A stretch of 44,093 bases of DNA. Source: Armatimonadota bacterium (GTDB taxonomy: Bacteria > Sysuimicrobiota > Sysuimicrobiia > Sysuimicrobiales > Segetimicrobiaceae). The stretch lies in assembly GCA_047519495.1 (NCBI GenBank), contig JAPVSX010000323.1, positions 1 through 44,093 on the forward strand, written 5' to 3'. The notes beneath the pieces are model-generated. The model ran no database searches. It saw only the letters and a list, made by a program, of their open reading frames with translations, and was not told the origin of the DNA. Shown here in pieces: positions 31,402-40,017 of the stretch. Made by a program: the position numbers and the translations under genes. The stretch's first letter is position 1. Each line of letters opens with the position of its first letter.

Positions 31402-34004
31402 GCGATCTGCCTGCCCCCTCCGGGTGGTCCTCGCGAAACGGGGAGACAGGCGCGCTCCGATTCATCGGGAAGCCCTGGACCAAGGTGGACGGCCCGGGGA
31501 AGACGACGGGCGAGGCGCGCTTCGCGGACGACCTGTTCCTGCCGCGGATGCTCTACGGGAAGTTCCTGCGCAGTCACCTGCCGCACGCGAAGATCACGAG
31601 GCTCGACGTGTCGAAGGCGCGGGCCCTGCCGGGGGTGCACGCCGTCATCACCGGCGACGACCTACCCGTCAGGTTTGGGATTATGCCGAGCAGCCAGGAC
31701 GAGGAGGCGCTCTGCCGGGACAAAGTGCGCTACGTCGGCGATCCGATCGCGGCCGTCGCGGCCGTGGACGAGGAGACGGCCGAGCGCGCCTGTGAGACGA
31801 TCGAGGTCGAGTACGCACCGCTGGCGCCGGCGATGTCAATCGAGGACGCGGTTGCGGAGACGGCGGTCCGGATCCAGGAGTACGGGGATGGCCCGGTTCC
31901 GAACGTCCACAAGAACGTCTCCCTCGAGTTCGGGGACGTGGAGCGGGGGTTCGCGGAGGCCGACCACATCCGCGAGGACGTGTTCTTCTTCGAGGGCAAC
32001 ACGCACCTGCCGATGGAGCAGCACAGCGCCGTCGCCCAGTGCGACGCAGCCGGCCGGGTGACGCTGTGGACCTCGTCGCAGACGCCCCACTACGTTCACC
32101 GGGCGCTGTCCAAGGTGCTCGGCCTGCCGATGAGCCGGATCCGGGTGATCGCGACGCCGGTCGGCGGCGGGTTCGGGGGCAAGAGCGACCCGTTCAGCCA
32201 CGAGGTCTGCGCCGCGAAGCTGGCGATGGTGACGGGCCGCCCGGTCAAGATCACGCTCACCCGCGAGGAGGTGTTCTACGCCCACCGGGGCCGGCACCCG
32301 GTGCTGATGTGGTTCCGCACCGGGGTGCGGCGCGACGGCCGGATCACGGCGTGCCACGTGAAGACCTTCCTCGACGGCGGAGCCTACGGATCGTACGGCA
32401 TCGCGACGACCTACTACACGGGCGCGCTGCAGACGGTCACCTACGCGATTCCGGCGTACAAGTTCGAGGGGACGCGCCTTTGGACCAACAAGCCCCCGTG
32501 CGGTCCCAAGCGCGGCCACGGCACCCCGCAGCCCCGGTTCGCGATCGAGGCGCAGATGGACAAACTGGCCGAGGACCTGGGCCTCGATCCGGCCGCGATC
32601 CGCCTGGTGAACGCCACCGCTCCGTTCACCCGCACGGTCAACCACCTCCGGATCACGAGCAACGGCCTCCGGCAGTGCATCGAGCGGGTGGTGCAGGCGA
32701 GCGGCTTCCTCGAGAAGCACGGTCGCCTGCCCCTGGGGCGCGGCGTGGGACTTGCGGTGAGCACATACCTGAGCGGTGCCGGGCTCCCTATTTATTGGAA
32801 CGACATGCCCCACAGCGAGGTCCAGCTCCGGGTCGACCGCGGCGGAGGCGTCATGGTCTACTGCGGGGCGATCGACATCGGGCAGGGAAGCGACTCGGTG
32901 CTGGCCGGGATCGTCGCCGAGGTGCTCGGGCTCGATCCCCGGGAGATCAGCCTGGTGACCGCGGACACAGACCTCACCCCGATCGACCTGGGGTCGTACA
33001 GCAGCCGGGTCACCTTCATGGCCGGGAACGCCGCGCTCCAGGCCGCGCAGAAGATGCGGGACCTGCTCCTGGCCGCGGTCTCCGGGCACCTCGAGGTGGA
33101 ACCCGATGCCCTCGCCGTCGGCGACCATCGGATCTACGACGTCGGGCAGCCGGAGCGCGGGGTGCCGTTCCCCGAGGCCGCGGCGCTGGCCGAGGTGATG
33201 TTCGGCGCGCTCACGACCGTCGGCGCCTACCGGCCGCCGAAGCTCGCGGGGCCGTTCAAAGGATCAGGCGTCGGCCCATCGCCCGCCTACTCGTTCTCGG
33301 CGGCCGTCGTCGAGGCGACGGTGGACCCCGCGACCGGGGACGTCCGGCCGGAGCGCGTCTGGATCGCCCACGACATCGGTCGCGCCATCAACGAGACCCT
33401 CGTGATCGGACAGATCGAGGGCGGTGTGTATATGGCGCTCGGCGAGGCGCTGATGGAGGAGCAGAGCTTCCGGAAGGGCCTGCACAAGATCCCCTCGATG
33501 CTCGAGTACAAGAGTCCGACGTTTCTTGAGATGCCGCCGGTCGAGACGATCCTGGTCACGACTGACGATCCCGAAGGCCCGTTCGGGGCGAAAGAAGCCG
33601 GCCAGGGCCCGCTGCTGCCGGTGATCCCGGCCGTCGCCAACGCTGTCTACGACGCGGTGGGTGTCCGAATCGACGAGGTGCCGATCTCGCCGGACAAGGT
33701 CCTCGCCGCGCTCGAGCACAAGGCGAAGGGCCAGGCGGGACGGGTCGGCCCCAAGGGGATCCCGACGTTCCGGTTCCGCGATCCGCTCAAGGTCGAGCCG
33801 CCGGCGGGCTGGAGCACGCCGTGGCGCCCGGGCCTGCCGATCGCCGGCGGCGCGCCGGGCCTCCCCCGGGACCTGCACGCGGGGACGGCCTTAAGCGACG
33901 CTCGTCCCCGCGGCCCTTCCGCCTCCCGCGGGGAGGAGCGGCCCGACGTGGGGGACGACTGCGCGGCGCAGGCTCTACGCACCGGGCCGCCGGAGGAGCC
34001 CTAG
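31398..34004 (+). CDS. hcrA: molybdopterin-binding large subunit of a xanthine dehydrogenase-family enzyme, 4-hydroxybenzoyl-CoA reductase alpha (HcrA)-like, with about 90-aa C-terminal tail
   Basis: C-terminal 868 aa of track ORF 31101..34004, from ATG 31398 (ATGA overlap with the small subunit): FIGKPWTKVDGPGKTTGEARFADD...VGGGFGGKSD...KEAGQGPLLPVIPAVANAVYDA. The substrate assignment rests on the partner FAD subunit loop and the gene order. Confidence 0.8.
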   Translation: MSDLPAPSGWSSRNGETGALRFIGKPWTKVDGPGKTTGEARFADDLFLPRMLYGKFLRSHLPHAKITRLDVSKARALPGVHAVITGDDLPVRFGIMPSSQDEEALCRDKVRYVGDPIAAVAAVDEETAERACETIEVEYAPLAPAMSIEDAVAETAVRIQEYGDGPVPNVHKNVSLEFGDVERGFAEADHIREDVFFFEGNTHLPMEQHSAVAQCDAAGRVTLWTSSQTPHYVHRALSKVLGLPMSRIRVIATPVGGGFGGKSDPFSHEVCAAKLAMVTGRPVKITLTREEVFYAHRGRHPVLMWFRTGVRRDGRITACHVKTFLDGGAYGSYGIATTYYTGALQTVTYAIPAYKFEGTRLWTNKPPCGPKRGHGTPQPRFAIEAQMDKLAEDLGLDPAAIRLVNATAPFTRTVNHLRITSNGLRQCIERVVQASGFLEKHGRLPLGRGVGLAVSTYLSGAGLPIYWNDMPHSEVQLRVDRGGGVMVYCGAIDIGQGSDSVLAGIVAEVLGLDPREISLVTADTDLTPIDLGSYSSRVTFMAGNAALQAAQKMRDLLLAAVSGHLEVEPDALAVGDHRIYDVGQPERGVPFPEAAALAEVMFGALTTVGAYRPPKLAGPFKGSGVGPSPAYSFSAAVVEATVDPATGDVRPERVWIAHDIGRAINETLVIGQIEGGVYMALGEALMEEQSFRKGLHKIPSMLEYKSPTFLEMPPVETILVTTDDPEGPFGAKEAGQGPLLPVIPAVANAVYDAVGVRIDEVPISPDKVLAALEHKAKGQAGRVGPKGIPTFRFRDPLKVEPPAGWSTPWRPGLPIAGGAPGLPRDLHAGTALSDARPRGPSASRGEERPDVGDDCAAQALRTGPPEEP

Positions 34005-35014
34005 TGCTGCGCCTGCCGCCGTTCACGTACCTCGCCCCCCGGACGCTGGAGAAGGCCGTGGGACAGATCGGGGAGGCCGGCCCCGACGGGATGCTCGTCG
34101 CCGGCGGGACCGACCTCTATCCCAACATGAAGCGCCGGCAGTTCGAGCCCAAGATCCTGGTCGGTCTCCGGGCGGTCCGCGACCTCGGCCGGATCTCCGG
34201 CGGGGCCGCGCGGGGCATGACGATCGGATCGGGTGTGACCCTGAGCCGCGTCGCGGCGTCGCCCGAGATCGCGCGCGGCTACCGGGCGCTCGCGCTCGCC
34301 GCCGGCGCGGTCAGCACCCCGCCGCTCAGAAACATGGGGACGCTCGGCGGCAACCTCTGCCTGGACACGCGCTGCAACTACTACAACCAGACCTTCCACT
34401 GGCGGAAGTCGATCGGGTTCTGCATGAAGAAGGACGGAGAGATCTGCCTCGTCGCGCCCGGGAGCCCCCGATGCTGGGCGATCTCGTCCACGGATACCGC
34501 GCCCGCGGCGATCGCACTCGGCGCGCAGGTCCGGCTCGTCGGCCCCACAGGCGAGCGCGTCGTCGCGGCGGCCGACCTGTACCGCGATGACGGCATGGCC
34601 TATCTGGCGAAGGCGGCGGACGAGATCCTCGTGGACATCATCCTGCCGGCTGCGGACGGGTGGCGGTCGACCTACTGGAAGCTACGCCGCCGCGGGTCCT
34701 TTGACTTCCCGATCCTCGGGGTCGCCGCGGCCCTGCGGTGCGCGCCGGACGGCACGGTTGAGGACGCCCGGATCGTCCTCGGGGCCGTCGCCTCGCATCC
34801 GCTCATCGCGTCCCAGGCGGCCGATCTGCTCAAAGGGCAGCGGCCGACGCCGGACGTGATCGCGCGCGCGGCCCTGGCCGCGTACCAACCGGCCAGGCCC
34901 CTCGACAACGCCGACCTCACGATCGGCTACCGGAAGAAGATGTCCCGCGTCTACGTCGAGCGCGCCCTCCGGGAACTCGCGGGCTTGCCCTCCTCCCCGG
35001 CCGCGGATGCATGA
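34004..35014 (+). CDS. hcrB: FAD-binding medium subunit of a xanthine dehydrogenase-family enzyme with a Cys-rich insertion (HcrB-like)
   Basis: Track ORF 33821..35014 trimmed to GTG 34004 (TAGTG overlap, GGAGGAG 6 nt upstream): VLRLPPFTYLAPRTLEKAV...VAGGTDLYPNMK. The insertion RCNYYNQTFHWRKSIGFCMKKDGEICLVAPGSPRC gives C-x15-C-x7-C-x8-C. Confidence 0.82.
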   Translation: MLRLPPFTYLAPRTLEKAVGQIGEAGPDGMLVAGGTDLYPNMKRRQFEPKILVGLRAVRDLGRISGGAARGMTIGSGVTLSRVAASPEIARGYRALALAAGAVSTPPLRNMGTLGGNLCLDTRCNYYNQTFHWRKSIGFCMKKDGEICLVAPGSPRCWAISSTDTAPAAIALGAQVRLVGPTGERVVAAADLYRDDGMAYLAKAADEILVDIILPAADGWRSTYWKLRRRGSFDFPILGVAAALRCAPDGTVEDARIVLGAVASHPLIASQAADLLKGQRPTPDVIARAALAAYQPARPLDNADLTIGYRKKMSRVYVERALRELAGLPSSPAADA

Positions 35015-35348
35015 GCGCTTCCCGGCGATCGGTGGGGTCCCCAACGGCAGGGCAGCCTCTCCTCACCGTTCACGGTTTGACCGTGTGGTTCCCCGGCGAC
35101 TGTGCCGATTGACCTCCCCAGACCGCGCGACTCCGGCCTCCTGGCGAGCGCACACTTTGCCGGGCTCGCGGGAGAGATCTGGTCGGTGCTGCGCGAGGAA
35201 TCGCTCAAGGCGTTTCGCCTGGGCGTCCCCGATCACGTCGGTGGGTAGCATGGTCCCGGGAGCGAGGCAGCCATGGCGGGCCAGCGGGTAACGGGATGTC
35301 CCCGCGGAGTTTTCCGTCTGCCTGGTGCAGGAAGAAGGGGGCAAGGGC

Positions 35349-36110
35349 ATGGTCCTGAAGGACAAGGTCGCGATCATCACCGGCGGCGGTCATGGTATCG
35401 GCGCAGCGTACTGCCGCGCGTTCGCCGCGGAGGGTGCTGCGGTCGTCGTGGCTGAGATCGACGCGCCTGCGGCCGAACGGCTGGCGGCAGGCTTGCAGGC
35501 CCAGGGCCATCGGGCCCTGGCGGTGCCGACCGATGTTGCCGACGAGCGCAGCACGAGAGAGATGGCGGCGCGGGTCCTCGACACGTTTGACCGCATCGAC
35601 GTCCTCCTCAACAACGCTGCCGTCTTCCACACCGTCCCCATCTCGCGGGTCGGGATCGAGGAGATCTCGCCCGAGGAATGGGACCGGGTGATGGCCGTCA
35701 ATCTCAGGGGCCTCTTCAACGGCTGCCGGGCGGTCTTGCCCGCGATGCGCCGCCAGGGAAAGGGGAAGATCATCAATATCTCCAGCGGCACGGCCTTGAG
35801 CGGCTCACCGACGCGCATTCACTACGTGACCTCGAAGGCCGGCGTCATCGGCTTCACCCGCTGCCTGGCGCGGGAGGTCGGGGCGTCGGGCATTTGCGTC
35901 AACGCGATCGCCCCGGGCAGCACCCTCAGCGAGGAGGACCCCACCCCCGAGATCGTGCGCTTCCGCGAGCAACGCGTCAAAGACCGGGCGATCCCCCGAA
36001 TCCAGCGGCCTGAGGATCTGGTCGGCGCGGCCATCTTCCTGGCGTCCGACGCGAGCGATTTTGTCACCGGACAGACCCTTGTCGTCGACGGCGGGAGCGT
36101 GATGACATGA
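35349..36110 (+). CDS. SDR family oxidoreductase (FabG-like short-chain dehydrogenase)
   Basis: Track ORF 35325..36110 trimmed to ATG 35349: MVLKDKVAIITGGGHGIGAAY...NNAAV...YVTSKAG (TGxxxGxG, NNAG-like and YxxxK motifs). Confidence 0.88.
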   Translation: MVLKDKVAIITGGGHGIGAAYCRAFAAEGAAVVVAEIDAPAAERLAAGLQAQGHRALAVPTDVADERSTREMAARVLDTFDRIDVLLNNAAVFHTVPISRVGIEEISPEEWDRVMAVNLRGLFNGCRAVLPAMRRQGKGKIINISSGTALSGSPTRIHYVTSKAGVIGFTRCLAREVGASGICVNAIAPGSTLSEEDPTPEIVRFREQRVKDRAIPRIQRPEDLVGAAIFLASDASDFVTGQTLVVDGGSVMT

Positions 36111-36248
36111 CCGACCTCGACGACCTGCTCGGCGGCGCCTGGGGCCTTCACTGCCCCCGCTATCCCGAGCGCTCCCTCGAGCACCGGGCACGCCAGGACG
36201 ACGTCGAGCGGGTGTCGGCGATCGCGTCGAGGGGCATGGCGTTGTCGG

Positions 36249-37892
36249 CTACGTCACGGTGACCTCATAGACTCGGACGGCCGCGTCCCGGCTGACGTAG
36301 CCGTCGGCGACGTCTGCGCGTACCGCCTCCGGGTCACGAGCGCCGGCAGGCCCGAAGCCTCCACCTCCAGAGGTTTGCAGCAGCAACACATCCCCCCGCC
36401 TGAGCACCAGGCCACTCGTCCGGGCCTGGATCACACGCTCATCGGGACGGCCTGGGTTGACGACGGAGCGCCCGAGGGCGCCCTCTCGGCCACCCTCCAC
36501 TCCCCATGCGGGGAAGCGGTGGCGATCACCGCGCGTCGACAGCGCCGCCGCCTCGGCGAGGATCTCGTACTCACGGACGTACCCGAGCCCGCCGCGGAAC
36601 TGGCCTGCGCCACCGGAATCGGGACGCAGTTCGAACCGGCGCACCCGGACCGGGAACTCGGTTTCGATGATCTCGATCGGCGCTGTGCGACAGTTCACCA
36701 CGTGCGTCTGGATGCCGCTCACGCCGTCGCGCCCGCATCTCGCCCCGCCCCCGCCGCCCAGGAGCTCATATTGGACGCGCGTATGGCCGCCCAGCTCGTA
36801 GGCCAGGGTCAGCCCACCATTCGCCCCGCTGCACGCGACGCGCCGGTCGGGACAGACCTGGCCCAGCGCCGCGAGGACGAGCTCCGCGGCAAGGCTGAGC
36901 GTATAGACATAGACGTTGCCCGCCGCAGGAAACTCGGGGTTGAGCACGCTGCGAGGGGCGAAGCGCGTCTCCACCAGGCGGTGCAGCCCGGCGTTGTTCG
37001 GGAGGTCAGGGTCGACGTAGGCGACCAGCCCGTAATAGCAGCAGGCCCGGACGAGCGGCGGACGAATGTTCACGGGTCCGCGGGTTTGAGGATCAGAGCC
37101 GGAGAAGTCAAAACAGATCTGGTCGCCATCGATCGTGAGCTCAAGCGCCAGCCGGACGGGGTCCGGGCCGACGCCGTCGTTGTCCAGGAAGCCTTCGGCG
37201 CGGTACCGCCCGTCAGGCCAGTCCTGCAGGACCCGGCGCACCCGGACCTCCGTCTTCGTAAACAGCCCCTCGGCCGCCTGCTGAACGGTCTCCAGCCCCC
37301 ACCGGTGTGCGAGCGCGGCAAAGCGGTCCACGCCGACGCGGTTCGCGCCTATTTGCCCGCGCAGGTCGCCGATGACGACGTCAGGCGTGCGGCTGTTACG
37401 CCGCACGATCTCTTCGATGTCTGGCCCCCAGCGGACAGGCGGGACGAGGAGGCCTTCCTGAAAGATGTCGCGTGCCTGGCTTGCCCCGCCGCCGGGATTG
37501 ATCGAGCCCAGGTCGGCCTTGTGCGCCATCGTCGCGCAGAAGGCGACCAGGTCCCCGCGGTGAAACGCCGGCGTGACCACCGCGACATCGGCGGAGTGGG
37601 CGCTGCCCCCCAGGTACGGGTCGTTCAGCACGAAGACGTCGCCGGGCCGCATCTCCTGCCGCGGATACCGCCGCCGCAGGCCTTCGACGCAAGCCGGGAA
37701 CGCGCCCATGTGGGTGGGTAGCACGGTCATCTGACCAAGCAGACGTCCATCAGGCATCAGAAGGGCGGAGCTGGCGTCGTGGGACTCCCGGATGGCAGTC
37801 GAGAACCCGGTTCGAAAGAGGGCGCTCTGCATCTCCTCGACGATGCTGCCGAAGCTGCTGACGAGTACCTGGTAGGTGGCTGGATCAACCAT
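36249..37892 (-). CDS. hyuB: hydantoinase B / oxoprolinase family protein (HyuB-like)
   Basis: C-terminal 547 aa of track ORF 36249..38342, from ATG 37892: MVDPATYQVLVSSFGSIVEEMQSALFRTGFSTAIRESHDASSALL...NDPYLGGSHSAD-like (NDPYLGGSAHSAD). It overlaps the hyuA stop by 8 nt. Confidence 0.88.
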   Translation of the reverse strand: MVDPATYQVLVSSFGSIVEEMQSALFRTGFSTAIRESHDASSALLMPDGRLLGQMTVLPTHMGAFPACVEGLRRRYPRQEMRPGDVFVLNDPYLGGSAHSADVAVVTPAFHRGDLVAFCATMAHKADLGSINPGGGASQARDIFQEGLLVPPVRWGPDIEEIVRRNSRTPDVVIGDLRGQIGANRVGVDRFAALAHRWGLETVQQAAEGLFTKTEVRVRRVLQDWPDGRYRAEGFLDNDGVGPDPVRLALELTIDGDQICFDFSGSDPQTRGPVNIRPPLVRACCYYGLVAYVDPDLPNNAGLHRLVETRFAPRSVLNPEFPAAGNVYVYTLSLAAELVLAALGQVCPDRRVACSGANGGLTLAYELGGHTRVQYELLGGGGGARCGRDGVSGIQTHVVNCRTAPIEIIETEFPVRVRRFELRPDSGGAGQFRGGLGYVREYEILAEAAALSTRGDRHRFPAWGVEGGREGALGRSVVNPGRPDERVIQARTSGLVLRRGDVLLLQTSGGGGFGPAGARDPEAVRADVADGYVSRDAAVRVYEVTVT

Positions 37893-39933
37893 CGGCGAGG
37901 ACGTCCACGATGAGATTGCCGTCCGCGTCGGTGGTCGCGCGCTGCCCGGGGTACAGGACGACCGTCGCGTCGGGCTGCACGAGCAAGGCGGGCCCCTTGA
38001 GCCCCTGGTCGATCCCCAGCTCGTGTCGCTCGTAGAGGGGGACGGAAAGCGGTCCGCCGATCTCGGGCAGCCGGAGCGCCGCCTCAGCTCGACGACGGGC
38101 GGGACGCCGCGGTGGCCGCCGCGCGATGCCGGACAGCGCGGTGGGGACGCCGGCGATGAGGCGATAGGACACGATCTCCACCGGTGCATCGGGGGCGCTG
38201 TGCCCAAATCGCCGCTCATGCAAACCATCGAAGCGCCGGCGGACGCCGGTGAGGTCGTCCCCGCGCGTGTACGGTACCGGGAGCTCGTAGCCCTGTCCCG
38301 CGTACCGCAGCTCCAGGCGGTACTCAGGCGTCCACGACCCAACGCCTTCGTGCTCCATCACCTCGGCGGCCTCGGCCTCCAGCGCCGCGAATGTCCCTTC
38401 GACCTCGGGGGGCGCGGTTTGCGTCAGCGGGCCGACCCGGGACCGAAGGAAATCGCGCGTCACGTCGCAGAGCAGCAGCCCGAAGGCTGACGTCAGCCCG
38501 GGATAGGCCGGGACCAGAAAACGGGGAATGCCGAGGGCGCGGCAAAGGGCGGCCGCGTGCAGCGGGCCCGCCCCGCCGAACGCGACCATCGTGAAGTCGC
38601 GGAGGTCGTATCCCCGCTCGACCGACACGCGCCGGATGCCGGCCTCCATGCGCGCGTTGATCACCCGGAGAGCCGCCTCAGCCGCCGCCTCCACGCCGAT
38701 GCCGAGCGGGCGCGCCACATCCTCCGCGAGCGCGCGCCGGGCCAGGTCCGCCCGTAACTCCAGCGTGCCGCCGAGGCGCGCCCCGGCGGGTATCATCCCA
38801 AGGACGACGCTGGCGTCGGTCACCGTGGGCCGCCGGCCGCCCCGCGCGTAGCACGCGGGGCCCGGATCCGCCCCCGCACTGTCCGGTCCCACCTGCAGCA
38901 CACCCACACCGTCGACACGCGCAAGGGTTCCGCCGCCCGCCGATAAGGTGTGAATATCCAGCATGGGCACGGCGAGGTCACGCCCTGCCACCCGGCCCTC
39001 GGAGGTCTCAGCGGGCCGCCCGCCGACAATGAGCGTAATATCGGCGCTCGTGCCCCCCATGTCGAAGCTGATGGCCTGCGGATAGCCGGCGGCCGCCGCG
39101 ATGCGGCCGGCCGCGACGGCACCTGCCGCGGGGCCCGAGAGGACGGTGGTCACGGGCCGCTCGCCCGCGGCGGCAAACGAGGCCACACCGCCGTTGGACT
39201 GCATGACGTAGCGGCGCGGCGTGCCCACCCCGTGCGCCGCGAGATGCCCGTACACCCGGGCCAGATAGTCGGACACGACGGGTTGGACGTAGGCATTGAC
39301 AAGCGTCGTCGAGAGGCGGGCGTACTCGCGGATTCGGGGGAGCACGAACGACGAGAGCGAGACGTGTACACGCGGCGCGAGTTCGCGCACCAGCTCTTTC
39401 ACGCGCCGCTCGTGCTGCGGATTGAGAAACGAGAACAGCAGGCAGACGGCGATGGCCTGGACGTCCTGATCCAGGAGCCCGCAGATGACGTGACGGGCCT
39501 GGGCGTCGACGAGCGGCGCCAGGATCTCGCCGCGGGCGTCGACGCGCTCCTCGAGTTCTCCCGTCAGCCGGCCGGGGGCGAGCAGCCTCGGTTTCGTGAA
39601 ATACAGGTCGTAGACCGGGCGCCCGACGCCGCGGGTCTGGTCCATCACCTCGTAGATGCCGCGAAATCCGCGCGTGACGAGAAGCCCGGTGCGGGCCCCC
39701 CGCTCCTGGAGCAGGGCGTTTGTCGCCAGCGTCGTTCCGTGGCCGAAGAACGATACGGCCGCCGGCTCGACGCCCCGGGCGCCCAACGCGCGGAGCCCCG
39801 CGGCCACGGCCGCCGCGGGATCGTGCGGGGTCGAGGGGATCTTCAGCGTGTGGATGTCCGTTCCTGTTTCGCCGACGGCGACAAAATCGGTGAACGTACC
39901 GCCCGTGTCGACGCCGACGCGATAGGCGGTCAC
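37885..39933 (-). CDS. hyuA: hydantoinase A / oxoprolinase family protein (HyuA-like, ATP-hydrolysing subunit)
   Basis: 682-aa ORF with a GTG start: MTAYRVGVDTGGTFTDFVAV...HGTTLATNALLQ...SFDMGGTSADI, the ASKHA-type hydantoinase A pattern. Confidence 0.9.
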   Translation of the reverse strand: MTAYRVGVDTGGTFTDFVAVGETGTDIHTLKIPSTPHDPAAAVAAGLRALGARGVEPAAVSFFGHGTTLATNALLQERGARTGLLVTRGFRGIYEVMDQTRGVGRPVYDLYFTKPRLLAPGRLTGELEERVDARGEILAPLVDAQARHVICGLLDQDVQAIAVCLLFSFLNPQHERRVKELVRELAPRVHVSLSSFVLPRIREYARLSTTLVNAYVQPVVSDYLARVYGHLAAHGVGTPRRYVMQSNGGVASFAAAGERPVTTVLSGPAAGAVAAGRIAAAAGYPQAISFDMGGTSADITLIVGGRPAETSEGRVAGRDLAVPMLDIHTLSAGGGTLARVDGVGVLQVGPDSAGADPGPACYARGGRRPTVTDASVVLGMIPAGARLGGTLELRADLARRALAEDVARPLGIGVEAAAEAALRVINARMEAGIRRVSVERGYDLRDFTMVAFGGAGPLHAAALCRALGIPRFLVPAYPGLTSAFGLLLCDVTRDFLRSRVGPLTQTAPPEVEGTFAALEAEAAEVMEHEGVGSWTPEYRLELRYAGQGYELPVPYTRGDDLTGVRRRFDGLHERRFGHSAPDAPVEIVSYRLIAGVPTALSGIARRPPRRPARRRAEAALRLPEIGGPLSVPLYERHELGIDQGLKGPALLVQPDATVVLYPGQRATTDADGNLIVDVLADG

Positions 39934-39948
39934 GCTGCGCCTCGCAGC
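39934..39948 (-). promoter_or_regulatory. perfect 6-bp hairpin (GCUGCG-AGG-CGCAGC on the mRNA) abutting the hyuA GTG and containing its only SD-like GAGG
   Basis: Read directly. The hairpin ends at the base before the start codon at 39933. The 3-nt loop is AGG. Confidence 0.35.
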
Positions 39949-40017
39949 GGCGCACCTGTCGCAGGCGCGTGACGTCGCTTCGGTCGAGCCTGCCGCTTGT
40001 CGGAGTTGCCGGGCTCC

